Shown: positions 37,958 to 47,466, numbered from the stretch's first letter. The stretch: DNA of 64,000 nucleotides from Minisyncoccota bacterium (GCA_036405415.1 DASWXP010000002.1:427678-491677), one strand, 5' to 3'. Notes: a model not told the origin generated them from the letters alone. A program made the numbers and translations.

Positions 37958-39784
37958 ATGGCACTCCTTGATTTCCTCGGAAAGAATAAGAAAGGGAACG
38001 ACGCGCCGGCTATAGCGCCGGTGCTTCCGAAGGATATCTACGCGGAAGGGGAGCTCCAGCTTGCGGACGCGATCGCGCCGGCCGCGCTCAAGGTAGGTCC
38101 GCGCGAGCTTGAGCTCGGCGAGAAGGTCTCGCGCTCGTTCTACACCATCTCGTATCCGCGCTTCTTGGTAGACAGCTGGTTCACCCCGATCATTAACCTC
38201 GACAAGGTGTTCGATGTCTCTATCTTCATCCACCCAGTGGAGACCGGCTCCGCATTGCGCGGCTTCCAGAAGAAGGTAGCGGAGATCGAGAGCCAGATCG
38301 CTGACCGCGAGGAGAAGGGCCTCGTCCGCGATCCGATGCTCGATACCGCGTATCGCGACCTCGAACAGCTCCGCGACCAGCTGCAGCAGGCCGAGGAGCA
38401 TATCTTCGAGGTAGGTTTGTACATAACGATATACGGAAGCTCCAAGGAGGAGCTCGACAAGATCGAGGCGGATGTCCGCGGCATCCTCGACGCGAAGCTG
38501 GTCTACACGAAGCCTGCCTTGTTCCAGCAGGAGCAGGGCTTCCGCTCCACGCTTCCGCTTGCGAACGACGAGCTCCAGGTTACCTCGAAGCTTAATTCCT
38601 CGCCGCTTTCCTCCATATTCCCGTTCGTCTCCTTCGACCTCACCTCAGACCGCGGCATCCTCTATGGCATCAACCGCCATAACGCGTCGTTGATCCTCTT
38701 CGACCGCTTCTCGCTCGAGAACTACAACTCCGTGGTATTCGCGAAGTCTGGTTCAGGCAAGTCGTACGCCGTGAAGCTCGAGATTCTCCGTTCGCTCATG
38801 TTCGGGACTGATGTCATCGTCATCGATCCGGAGCGCGAGTATGAGAACCTCGCACAGGCGACCGGCGGACGCACCTTCAACATTTCGCTTTCGTCTGAGC
38901 ATCACATCAACCCGTTCGACCTTCCGGCGGTGAAGGAGGATGAGGAGCCGGGGGACATCCTGCGCTCGAACATCATCAACCTCGTAGGACTCTTCCGCAT
39001 CATGCTTGGCGGCCTCTCGCCTGAAGAGGATGCGATCATCGACCGCGCAATCACCGAGACCTATGCGCTCAAAGACATCACCGGGGATGCCGACTTCACA
39101 GGAATCGAGCCGCCGCTCCTCTCTGACTTCGAGAACGTGCTCTCTGGCATGGAAGGCTCTGAATCGCTCGTAACGCGCCTTTCCAAGTACACGCACGGCA
39201 CCTGGGCCGGCTTCATCAACCAGCCGACCAACATCGACATAAACAAGCAGTTCATCGTCTTCTCGGTGCGCGACATGGAGGACGAGCTGAAGCCGGTGGC
39301 GATGTACATCATCACGCACTACATCTGGAACGCGGTGCGCAAGGACCTCCGTAAGCGCTTGCTTATCATCGACGAGGCCTGGTGGATGATGAAGTCGGAC
39401 GATACGGCGTCGTTCCTCTACAGCCTCGCGAAGCGCGGCCGCAAGTACTATCTCGGCGTCGCTACCATCACGCAGGACGTGGAAGACTTCCTTCGCTCGC
39501 CCTACGGCCGTCCGATCCTCACGAACTCGTCGATGCAGCTTCTCTTGAAGCAGTCACCGACCACCATCAACATACTCAAGGAAACCTTCAACCTTACGGA
39601 CGAAGAGAAGTTCCTGCTCCTTGAGTCCGGGGTGGGGGAGGGGCTCTTTTTCGCCGGCCTCAAGCATGTGGCTATCAAGGTGGTCGCCTCCTACACCGAA
39701 GACCAGATCATCACCTCAGACCCGTCGCAGCTCCTTCAGATCCGCCGCGAGAAGGAACGGATGGATCAAGGGCTTTCGGCATAG
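37958..39784 (+). CDS. VirB4/TrbE-family T4SS ATPase, C-terminal ATPase segment
   Basis: Walker A VVFAKSGSGKSY, Walker B LLIIDEAWWM, and CagE_TrbE_VirB-type region. Confidence 0.85.
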   Translation: MALLDFLGKNKKGNDAPAIAPVLPKDIYAEGELQLADAIAPAALKVGPRELELGEKVSRSFYTISYPRFLVDSWFTPIINLDKVFDVSIFIHPVETGSALRGFQKKVAEIESQIADREEKGLVRDPMLDTAYRDLEQLRDQLQQAEEHIFEVGLYITIYGSSKEELDKIEADVRGILDAKLVYTKPALFQQEQGFRSTLPLANDELQVTSKLNSSPLSSIFPFVSFDLTSDRGILYGINRHNASLILFDRFSLENYNSVVFAKSGSGKSYAVKLEILRSLMFGTDVIVIDPEREYENLAQATGGRTFNISLSSEHHINPFDLPAVKEDEEPGDILRSNIINLVGLFRIMLGGLSPEEDAIIDRAITETYALKDITGDADFTGIEPPLLSDFENVLSGMEGSESLVTRLSKYTHGTWAGFINQPTNIDINKQFIVFSVRDMEDELKPVAMYIITHYIWNAVRKDLRKRLLIIDEAWWMMKSDDTASFLYSLAKRGRKYYLGVATITQDVEDFLRSPYGRPILTNSSMQLLLKQSPTTINILKETFNLTDEEKFLLLESGVGEGLFFAGLKHVAIKVVASYTEDQIITSDPSQLLQIRREKERMDQGLSA

Positions 39785-39787
39785 GCC

Positions 39788-40312
39788 ATGGATAAGAAGC
39801 ACACTATTGGGAGCGTGAACGCCGGGTTCATGATCGTGACTGCGCTTGCGATAGACGGTACGCAGCTTCTCCTGACCGCAAGCGTATTCCTCATCCCGCT
39901 CACCTGGCTCTTCTCGTTCATCGCGTTCATCTTGTTCCCGCTCTGGTTCATGCTCTCGGGCGTTAAGTACGGGGGCGGGGCAGGGGGACGCAGGCTCCTT
40001 ATCATGCTCGCGAGCGCCATCGCGGAGATAGCCCCTCTCATAAACGGGCTTCCTGCTTTGAGCGCAGGCGTGATAGGAACGGTGATACAGACCAGGATCG
40101 AGGACGCGAGAAGGAATGCGGGCGGGAAAGTCACACCGAAAACCGCGCTCGCAGCCGCACGCATGGTCCGCATGCAGCGAGCAGCGCTCGCCCGACAGGA
40201 CGCAGCGCGTCGGGAGCGCGAAGCAACACAAGTAGCACGTCACACGCCAGCGAACGACAACGTTCCTCCGGCCGCAAACGATAACGGTTTTGAGGAGCGT
40301 AGAGCAGCCTAG
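39788..40312 (+). CDS. three-TM hypothetical membrane protein
   Basis: Hydrophobic N-terminal 100 aa and a basic, Ala/Arg-rich C-terminus. Confidence 0.45.
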   Translation: MDKKHTIGSVNAGFMIVTALAIDGTQLLLTASVFLIPLTWLFSFIAFILFPLWFMLSGVKYGGGAGGRRLLIMLASAIAEIAPLINGLPALSAGVIGTVIQTRIEDARRNAGGKVTPKTALAAARMVRMQRAALARQDAARREREATQVARHTPANDNVPPAANDNGFEERRAA

Positions 40313-40360
40313 CTTACCCCCGTCCGTACGCGATCTCAGTGCTGCCTGGCGGTATATACT

Positions 40361-41344
40361 GTGCATATGATACGAAGCGCGCTCATCGCACTAGCTCTTC
40401 TTCTTGGAGGAGTCGCTCATGCCCAGGCACTTCCCGGAGCCGAGCCTCTCACGGTCTTGCTTTCTCCTGAGCATCCCCGTCCATACCAATCCTTTCAGGT
40501 CTCTCCGCGGAGCTCCCTCATCGACCTCTCCGCAAGTACGGTCCGCGTGTCCGTAGACGGCACCCAGGTGTATGAAGGGAGCGGAACGCAAGCGGCGACC
40601 GTCCGTGCCGGAGCTCTCGGAACCCGCACGAATGTCACGGTTAGCGTGACTGACGCGGCAGGGAAGGTATACACCAAGCAGATCTCAGTGCGGCCTGCCG
40701 AGGTCTCGCTCGTACTCGAGCCTGCATCGACCGCGCATCCTTTCTATAAGGGCGGCGGGTTGGTGGCGTCAGAAGGGACGGTCCGTCTCATCGCGCTAGC
40801 AGACCTGCGCACGTCTGCTGGTGTCCGTATCCCGCCACAGAACCTCGTGTATACCTGGAGGCTAGGAGATCGTGTCCTTACGGACGCCTCAGGGATAGGG
40901 AAGTCGGCGCTTACTGCCACCGCTCCGGTCCGCTACCGGAACGCTGACATCAGCGTAACGGTGTCGAGCGCTGACAGCTCGCTCGTGGCAGAGGCGCGGA
41001 CCCTGGTCTCGGCCGTGGATCCTGTCGCTCGCGTCTACCAGAACGATCCGCTGCTCGGCCCGAACTTCGATATGGCGCTCGCGAGCCGGTTCTCTATGCC
41101 TGACACGGAAGCCACCTTCCGTGCCGTCGGGTACTTCTTTGCCGTTCCGCCTGTGTTCTCTTGGAACGTGAACAGCTCGTCCGGGGGCAGCGACAAGGAC
41201 GTTACGGTTCGCGCGACCGGAAACGGTACCGGCACCGCCCGGCTATCCCTTACTGCTACCGAGTCTGAATCCCGAAGGAGCGCCTCGTCCGCATTCACGG
41301 TTGATTTCGGCTCCGCCCGCGGCTTTGGATTCTTCGGCCTATAA
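40361..41344 (+). CDS. secreted hypothetical protein (beta-rich, Ser/Thr/Val-rich)
   Basis: Signal peptide ending AHAQA. Confidence 0.45.
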   Translation: MHMIRSALIALALLLGGVAHAQALPGAEPLTVLLSPEHPRPYQSFQVSPRSSLIDLSASTVRVSVDGTQVYEGSGTQAATVRAGALGTRTNVTVSVTDAAGKVYTKQISVRPAEVSLVLEPASTAHPFYKGGGLVASEGTVRLIALADLRTSAGVRIPPQNLVYTWRLGDRVLTDASGIGKSALTATAPVRYRNADISVTVSSADSSLVAEARTLVSAVDPVARVYQNDPLLGPNFDMALASRFSMPDTEATFRAVGYFFAVPPVFSWNVNSSSGGSDKDVTVRATGNGTGTARLSLTATESESRRSASSAFTVDFGSARGFGFFGL

Positions 41345-41347
41345 CCT

Positions 41348-42217
41348 ATGAAATACTTTCTCTTCGCCCTCGCGCTCCTGACCCTTCCAGCCCTCGCGTT
41401 CGCACAGGAGACCGGTTTCGTGCCGCTCACGAACACCCCGTTCATCGAGCAGGCAGGGAACGCGGTTGATCTTCCGAACATGCTCAACCAGCTCTACCGG
41501 CTCTGCATCGGCATCGCGGCGGTCGTGGCGGTGCTCCAGATCATGCGCGCGGGCATCATGTACATGGGAGGGGACAGCGTGACCGAGAAGAAGGAGGCAA
41601 AGAACCTTATCGCGCTCTCTATCGGCGGGCTCGTGCTGGTCCTTTCTCCGGTTATCGTGTTCTCGGTTATCAACCCCGACATCCTGAGCCTCAAGATCGG
41701 CGGTATCGAGAACCTGCGCACGCAAGGCACCGGAACGACGACACAGCAGACCGCAAGCACTACGCAGACAGGGGGAGGGGGCTCTGGACAGTCCTGCCCG
41801 ACAGCACCGATCCTTATCGCAAGCAACGGCATTTGTCCGAACGGGCACGCAGAGATGCCTGCCGCGTGCGTCGCGAGCAAGTGCAGCGGCATGACGGGAG
41901 GGAAGTGCTGCTACCAGACCACTTCAGCCCAAGCACCCGCTAACCAGCCTGCGAACTACACGCCCACCGGTCCGCAGCGGTTCAAGATGGCATACAAAGA
42001 CGTCGATTTCCTCAACTCTGATCCTGCCCTGAGCGGGAGGGAGTGTGTCACATATATCGACCGGACTCTTCCTTCGCTTGAAACCTGCCAGGAAGCAGAG
42101 ATCGAGACCGGCACTCGGCTTACTGCCGACGAGAAAGAGTTTATTTTCGTGAAGCGCTGTATAAATAATGAGTTGCCGCGACACCGATTCATGGATCTTC
42201 CTACTTGCGCCTCCTAG
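41348..42217 (+). CDS. VirB2/TrbC-like pilin-like secreted membrane protein with a Cys-rich C-terminal domain
   Basis: Signal peptide, two adjacent hydrophobic helices separated by a short loop (LCIGIAAVVAVLQIM...LIALSIGGLVLVLSPVIVF), then a C-terminal domain with about 10 Cys. The call rests on topology only. Confidence 0.4.
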   Translation: MKYFLFALALLTLPALAFAQETGFVPLTNTPFIEQAGNAVDLPNMLNQLYRLCIGIAAVVAVLQIMRAGIMYMGGDSVTEKKEAKNLIALSIGGLVLVLSPVIVFSVINPDILSLKIGGIENLRTQGTGTTTQQTASTTQTGGGGSGQSCPTAPILIASNGICPNGHAEMPAACVASKCSGMTGGKCCYQTTSAQAPANQPANYTPTGPQRFKMAYKDVDFLNSDPALSGRECVTYIDRTLPSLETCQEAEIETGTRLTADEKEFIFVKRCINNELPRHRFMDLPTCAS

Positions 42218-42220
42218 ATT

Positions 42221-43438
42221 ATGAACCGACGTACTCTCTTCATCATCGCAGCCGTCATCGTCCTCATCGGGCTTGTTGTGGGTGCTATCTTCCTTTTCGG
42301 CAACAATGCCACTCTCGAGCCGGGTGTTCCTGGGAATCCCTTCGGCTCGAGTGAGGATCGCGACCCGTCCTCTTCACTTACTCCTGATGGCCAGCCGGTA
42401 CAGGGCGCAGGAACCGTCGTGGCGCCGCGCCTGATCCGCATCACGGACGTGCCGGTCGCCAAAGGGGCAGCGGCACTCTACATACCTCCGGTGCTTGGGG
42501 CGACCTCTACCGATCCCGGAACGCCCGAGGACGTCGAGATACGCTTCATTGAGCGCCAGAGCGGAAACGTGTATTCGTTCCGCGTTCATGACCGCCTCCT
42601 TACCAGGACCTCGAACCGTACGCTTCCGGGCATCCAGGACGCAGTGTGGAGCGCGGACGGTACGCGCGCATTTGCGCGCTATCTGACCAGAGGATCGGAT
42701 GGTATCGAGCGTATCGATACGTACGCACTCACGCACGACGGCTCGGAAGGGTATTTCTTGGAGCAAGGGGTCGATGCTATCGCCGTCCAGGCCTCAACCA
42801 CTGTGTTCTCGCTCCTTCCGAGCAGTTCCGGCTCCATCGGAACGCTTTCAAATACTGACGGGTCTAACGTGCGCACCCTGTTCACGTCCGCGCTCTCGCG
42901 CCTTGCGGTTTCGTTTTCCGGCGGGGATATCGTAGCTACCACAAAGGCTTCTTCGGGCCTTGATGGGTACAGCTTCCTGGTCTCTCGTGCAGACGGGTCG
43001 TTTACGCGTATCCTCGGTCCGTTCCGGGGACTTACGACACTCGCGAACGCCGAAGGCACCGCTGTCCTCTTCAGCTATGTCGACAGGAACCGGACCTATC
43101 TGCAGACCATTGATCTTGCGACGCGTGCCGTGACCGCGCTACCGCTCTCGACGCTCTCAGAGAAGTGCGTTTGGGCACCAGGAGGAAGGGCGGTGTATTG
43201 CGCAGTCCCGACCGCACTGGCAGGGAACGTTCCTGACGATTGGTACCAAGGTGCGCAGTCCTTCTCGGACCGTCTCTGGCGCATCGACCTCGACACCCGC
43301 CTCGCAACACTCGTGGTTGATCCAGGACAGGTAGCTGAGGTTGCAATCGATGCGGTAGCGCTCTCTATCGACCCAACAGCTGACGTTCTGGTATTCACGA
43401 ACAAGAAGGACGGAACCCTCTGGGTGTATGACCTCTAA
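42221..43438 (+). CDS. N-terminally anchored extracytoplasmic protein (beta-propeller-like), hypothetical
   Basis: One TM helix, then a repetitive beta-rich domain. Confidence 0.5.
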   Translation: MNRRTLFIIAAVIVLIGLVVGAIFLFGNNATLEPGVPGNPFGSSEDRDPSSSLTPDGQPVQGAGTVVAPRLIRITDVPVAKGAAALYIPPVLGATSTDPGTPEDVEIRFIERQSGNVYSFRVHDRLLTRTSNRTLPGIQDAVWSADGTRAFARYLTRGSDGIERIDTYALTHDGSEGYFLEQGVDAIAVQASTTVFSLLPSSSGSIGTLSNTDGSNVRTLFTSALSRLAVSFSGGDIVATTKASSGLDGYSFLVSRADGSFTRILGPFRGLTTLANAEGTAVLFSYVDRNRTYLQTIDLATRAVTALPLSTLSEKCVWAPGGRAVYCAVPTALAGNVPDDWYQGAQSFSDRLWRIDLDTRLATLVVDPGQVAEVAIDAVALSIDPTADVLVFTNKKDGTLWVYDL

Positions 43439-43440
43439 AG

Positions 43441-43467
43441 AAAAAAGCCCGCGTTTGCGGGCTTTTT
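43441..43467. terminator. bidirectional terminator between the T4SS-like block (+) and yidC (-)
   Basis: AAAAAAGCCCGCgtttGCGGGCTTTTT. Confidence 0.6.
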
Positions 43468-44196
43468 CTATGCTTCTGAGCGAACCTTTTCTCTGCGCAC
43501 GATATATTCCTGCAGCAACCCTACCAGGTTAGAGGTTATGAAGTAGAGGGCGATGGCTACCGACGTGAAGTATGCCGCGATTGCGATAAATATCGGTAGG
43601 ATGAAGCGCATCTGGGTCGCCATAGCGCGCCCAAAATCGGCCTGCATGTCCTTACCTGGCTCCTTAGGCTTCTCCGGCATCGGAATCGCGTACCATCCAT
43701 ATGCGAGCTGTGTGAGTCCCGCCAGAAGCGAGAGCACGATGCTCGCGCCCGTAACCGCGAAGATGCCGAGGAAGAGGGGAGCGATGGTCTCAGGAACCGG
43801 AATGAAGGAGTAGAGGATGTCCGTATTAACCGTGAGTAGGGTCTTGCTGTTAAATACCCAATAGAGAGACAAGACGATTGGGAGCTGAATGAGGAGGGTA
43901 AGGAGTCCCGCGAACGGGTTCACCTTGTATTCCTTGTAGAGTGCGAACATGGCCTTGGCCTGCGCTTCCTTATCATCCTTCATGGTCTCCCGGATCTTCT
44001 TCATCTCAGGCTCCATCGCCTTCACCGCGCGCTGAGTGCGGAGTGCCGCGAAGGAAAGCGGCATGATGATGATCTTCACGATGAGGGTCGCGACCACTAC
44101 CGCAAGACCGATATCGTATCCCGGAAGGACGTCCGTGAGGCCGATGAGAAGGTTATAGATGGGCGTGTAGAGGGTGGTATAGAAGAAATCGATCAT
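43468..44196 (-). CDS. yidC: membrane protein insertase YidC/Oxa1 (short form)
   Basis: Five-TM 60-kDa IMP core with the conserved LPIVLSLYW region. Confidence 0.9.
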   Translation of the reverse strand: MIDFFYTTLYTPIYNLLIGLTDVLPGYDIGLAVVVATLIVKIIIMPLSFAALRTQRAVKAMEPEMKKIRETMKDDKEAQAKAMFALYKEYKVNPFAGLLTLLIQLPIVLSLYWVFNSKTLLTVNTDILYSFIPVPETIAPLFLGIFAVTGASIVLSLLAGLTQLAYGWYAIPMPEKPKEPGKDMQADFGRAMATQMRFILPIFIAIAAYFTSVAIALYFITSNLVGLLQEYIVRREKVRSEA

Positions 44197-44211
44197 GATT
44201 GAGTCAGTCTA

Positions 44212-44538
44212 CTACGCTCCTTGGGTAAGCGCTCGTGAAAGGAGCTCGGTAAGCTCGGTTTTCAGTTCCTGATAGGGAAGGGAAGAAGCGCCGGGGCGGG
44301 CATACACGATGAGCGTAGTGTCTTTAGCGCAATAACCCTTCATAACCGAAAGCATGCGGCGCTTCAGAAGGTGCCGGGATACCGATAGTTTGGCTATTTT
44401 CTTAGAGATAACGGTCGCGCACCCTCCGTTTCCGTCGGTTTTTCTGACGGAAATGGAGAAGTGGGCGCTCGCCGCCCGGGTTTCCGGGCCCATAGGCGCG
44501 AAATGCGCCCGAGAGAGGCGCATTTCCTTACGAATCAT
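44212..44538 (-). CDS. rnpA: ribonuclease P protein component
   Basis: 108 aa, basic, in the conserved rpmH-rnpA-yidC arrangement. Its start overlaps the rpmH stop by 1 nt. The 284-aa ORF in the track is an upstream extension through rpmH and was rejected. Confidence 0.7.
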   Translation of the reverse strand: MIRKEMRLSRAHFAPMGPETRAASAHFSISVRKTDGNGGCATVISKKIAKLSVSRHLLKRRMLSVMKGYCAKDTTLIVYARPGASSLPYQELKTELTELLSRALTQGA

Positions 44539-44675
44539 TATACGGTGAGCTTTGCGCGTCCCTTGCGGCGGCGGCGAAGGAGCACGGCGCGCCCGGTCGG
44601 GGTAGCGGAACGAGCACGGAACCCGTGGGTACGTGCGCGCTTCTTCTTTTTCGGCTGGTAGGTGCGCTTTGGCAT
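44538..44675 (-). CDS. rpmH: 50S ribosomal protein L34
   Basis: Hand translation gives [45 protein letters not shown]. It is below the ORF-track length cutoff. Confidence 0.85.
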   Translation of the reverse strand: MPKRTYQPKKKKRARTHGFRARSATPTGRAVLLRRRRKGRAKLTV

Positions 44676-44764
44676 GTGCACAGGATATTAACAGGTTGAC
44701 GCGGGACTCGCAAGGAAATGCCTCGTCCGGACCTTTCTCGCGGAATTTCCCCCGGCCGGTATAC

Positions 44765-44773
44765 TTATCCACA
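44765..44773 (+). promoter_or_regulatory. perfect DnaA box TTATCCACA immediately upstream of the dnaA start codon
   Basis: Exact consensus 4 nt before the ATG at 44777. Confidence 0.6.
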
Positions 44774-44776
44774 CCT

Positions 44777-46129
44777 ATGAACCGGCATGATCCTCGAGAG
44801 CTCTGGGAGTACGTCCTTACGCAGGTAGAGTTGTCGATTTCGGCCGCGAATTTCAACACCTGGTTCCGCGACAGCACCATCGTGAAGATAGAAGAGGGGA
44901 TCGTGTACATCGGGGTCCCGAGCCAGTTCTTCAAGGACTGGTTCCTGAAGAAGTTCCATACGCTCCTTTTGAAGATCGTACGCGGGGTGTCGCACGAATA
45001 CCGGAATATCGAGTACATGATCGTTAAGAGCGACCGCCAGAAGCCGCCCAAGGAGTCCCGCCGCACGCCGCAACCAACCGTTGAGATGCCGCTCGACGAG
45101 TTCTATATAAATAAGAGCGACGGCCTGAATCCTCGCTATACCTTCGATACGTTCGTGGTGGGGGCCTTCAACGAGCTCGCGCATACGGCGGCCCAGGCAG
45201 CGCTTAAGCGCCCAGGCATCATGTATAACCCTTTGTTTATCTACGGAGAGACCGGGAGAGGGAAGACGCACCTCATCCAGGCCATTGGCAACCAGTTCAA
45301 GAAGCTCTACCCGGGCCGGAAAGTCTTCTACCTGACCGCGGAGACCTTCGCGCAGGACTATACGAATTCTATCCAGAACGGCACGACGAACCGCTTCAAG
45401 GATAAGTACCGCCAGTACGACCTCCTGATCATGGACGATATCCAGTTCTTCTCGAAGAAGGAGAAGACTCAGGAAGAGCTCTTTCACCTCTTCAATGCCC
45501 TCTATGACAACAACAAGCAGATCCTGTTCTCGTCCGATAGGGCGCCGGCAGCCATCCCAGATATCGCAGACCGTCTCCGCGGACGCTTCGCTGCCGGCAT
45601 GTCTATCGATATCGGCGAGCCGGATACGGAGAGCCGTATGGAAATAGTACGCAAGAAGGCCGCGTCGCACGGCGTATACCTCTCGAATGAGGTGGTAGAA
45701 CACATCGCAACCTCGATTTCAGGTTCTATCCGCGAACTTGAGGGCGTAATCAACAGTGTTGTCTGCCACACCCAAGTTAAAGGAGTGCCCCCGGACCTCG
45801 CTGAGGTACGTCACTCCCTGCGATCCTTCGCTCGGCCGCAGAAGACAGTTTCGGTTAAGCACGTGGTCGCGAAAGTCGCGGAGTTCTACGGTATAGACGA
45901 GGAAAGCATCTACGAGAAGACCCGCAGGAGGGAAGTAGTGCGCCCGCGCCAGGTCATTATGTACATCCTTCGCGAGGATTTCTCGGTCTCGTATCCGACC
46001 ATCGGCTCGAAGCTCGGCGGCCGCGACCATACTACGGTCATCCACTCGTGCGAGAAGGTGAAGCGCGAGGTACTCGAGGACGCAGAACTCGCCAAAGAGA
46101 TCCAGGACATTAGGACCTTGCTTGTATAA
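44777..46129 (+). CDS. dnaA: chromosomal replication initiator protein DnaA
   Basis: AAA+ Walker A GETGRGKTHL, Walker B LLIMDDIQF, and a C-terminal DNA-binding domain. Start chosen at MNRHDPRELW. Confidence 0.95.
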   Translation: MNRHDPRELWEYVLTQVELSISAANFNTWFRDSTIVKIEEGIVYIGVPSQFFKDWFLKKFHTLLLKIVRGVSHEYRNIEYMIVKSDRQKPPKESRRTPQPTVEMPLDEFYINKSDGLNPRYTFDTFVVGAFNELAHTAAQAALKRPGIMYNPLFIYGETGRGKTHLIQAIGNQFKKLYPGRKVFYLTAETFAQDYTNSIQNGTTNRFKDKYRQYDLLIMDDIQFFSKKEKTQEELFHLFNALYDNNKQILFSSDRAPAAIPDIADRLRGRFAAGMSIDIGEPDTESRMEIVRKKAASHGVYLSNEVVEHIATSISGSIRELEGVINSVVCHTQVKGVPPDLAEVRHSLRSFARPQKTVSVKHVVAKVAEFYGIDEESIYEKTRRREVVRPRQVIMYILREDFSVSYPTIGSKLGGRDHTTVIHSCEKVKREVLEDAELAKEIQDIRTLLV

Positions 46130-46130
46130 G

Positions 46131-46358
46131 TGTGGGGAAAACCCATGGATAACGCAGGTAAAAGGATGGGGACCAGGGCTGAAGTACGGTGTGGAAAGCG
46201 GATGCGTGTGTGGACAGGAAACGCACTATCCACGGACGGTCTCGCCGAGACGAGGTATTTTCCCACAGCCTGTGCGGCAGGGTTCCAGGGAAGGGGCAAG
46301 GGTTTACGGGCTTTAAGGGGTTGTCCCCGGTATCAACAGCCCTAATAATAGAAGCATT
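46131..46358. promoter_or_regulatory. candidate oriC: DnaA-box cluster plus an AT-rich stretch between dnaA and dnaN
   Basis: At least six 9-mers within 1-2 mismatches of TTATCCACA on both strands. An AT-rich 30 bp lies just before the dnaN start. Confidence 0.55.
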
Positions 46359-47459
46359 ATGATTATCACCTTGGACAAGAAGGAGTTCGCAGAAGGCGTG
46401 CAGAGCGTCGCACGCTTCGCCGAGCGAAGGAGTGGGACGCTCCCAGTCCTTGCAGGTATCGCCATCATCGCAGGGGACGACGGCATCAAGCTTCGCGCCA
46501 CGAACCTAGAGACCGGCATCGACCTCAAAGTGAACGGTACGATCAAGAGCGACGGCGTCGTAGCGCTTCCAGCCAATACGCTTCGCGAGATCGCGTCCTC
46601 GCTTTCAGGGTCCGGTACGCTTACACTCGAGCATGCGGGAGATACGGTCGTGGTGTCGACCGGAAACGGCCGCTCTACACTCAAGACCCTTCCGTTCGAG
46701 GATTTCCCCACGCTCCCGCTTCCAGAGTCTCCTAAGGCGAAATTCGAGCTTCCAGGGGCGCTCCTTCGCGCGCTTGTGAACGCGGTCGTGAACTACGCGT
46801 CGACCTCCACGGTGCGTCCTGAGCTCGCCTCTGTGCTTATCACAAGCGAAGGGAATACGCTCAAAGCGGTCGCTACCGACTCGTTCCGCCTCGCGGAGAA
46901 GAAGATCGGCGTTTCAGGCGCGGTTCCAGCGTTCTCGATCCTCATTCCTGCTAAGAATGCGGTAGATATCATGCAGACCCTTCCAGACGAGGCGGTCGAG
47001 ATGGTGGTGGACGAGCATCAGTGCGCGTTCTTCTGGGGTCAGGGCGTGCTTACGACCCGCCTCGTGACCGCGAATTACCCTGATTACACCCAGATCATCC
47101 CGAAGCAGTTCGTGTCCGAGGCAACAATCCTCAAGAAGGACTTCGATGCGGCGCTGAAGCGCACAAGCATCTTCTCTGACACCTTCCAGAAGGTGCGTGT
47201 CGGGTTCGATCCGGCTGCGAAGGGAGTGTCTCTTTCTGCACAGAACGCGGACGTGGGAGATTCTTCAGAAACCGTGCCAGCATCGGTCTCAGGAGAGTCC
47301 GTGCAGCTCTCGTTCAACCATCGCTATCTTTCTGCGCCTATCTCGTCGATTACAGCAGAGAGCGTGACGCTATCTGCGAGCGGCATAGGCCGCGCCATGG
47401 TTATCAGGGGCTCCGGAGACGCGTCATTCCTGTATCTGGTGATGCCGATGAATCAGTAG
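46359..47459 (+). CDS. dnaN: DNA polymerase III beta sliding clamp
   Basis: Three-domain clamp of 366 aa, in the conserved position after dnaA. Confidence 0.9.
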   Translation: MIITLDKKEFAEGVQSVARFAERRSGTLPVLAGIAIIAGDDGIKLRATNLETGIDLKVNGTIKSDGVVALPANTLREIASSLSGSGTLTLEHAGDTVVVSTGNGRSTLKTLPFEDFPTLPLPESPKAKFELPGALLRALVNAVVNYASTSTVRPELASVLITSEGNTLKAVATDSFRLAEKKIGVSGAVPAFSILIPAKNAVDIMQTLPDEAVEMVVDEHQCAFFWGQGVLTTRLVTANYPDYTQIIPKQFVSEATILKKDFDAALKRTSIFSDTFQKVRVGFDPAAKGVSLSAQNADVGDSSETVPASVSGESVQLSFNHRYLSAPISSITAESVTLSASGIGRAMVIRGSGDASFLYLVMPMNQ

Positions 47460-47466
47460 TGCCTCT

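Noticed and set aside
44212-45066. 284-aa minus-strand ORF spanning rnpA, rpmH and the dnaA promoter
   Set aside because: Only the C-terminal 108 aa ([13 protein letters not shown]...) look like RNase P protein. The upstream part runs antisense through the dnaA start and overlaps the real rpmH in another frame.
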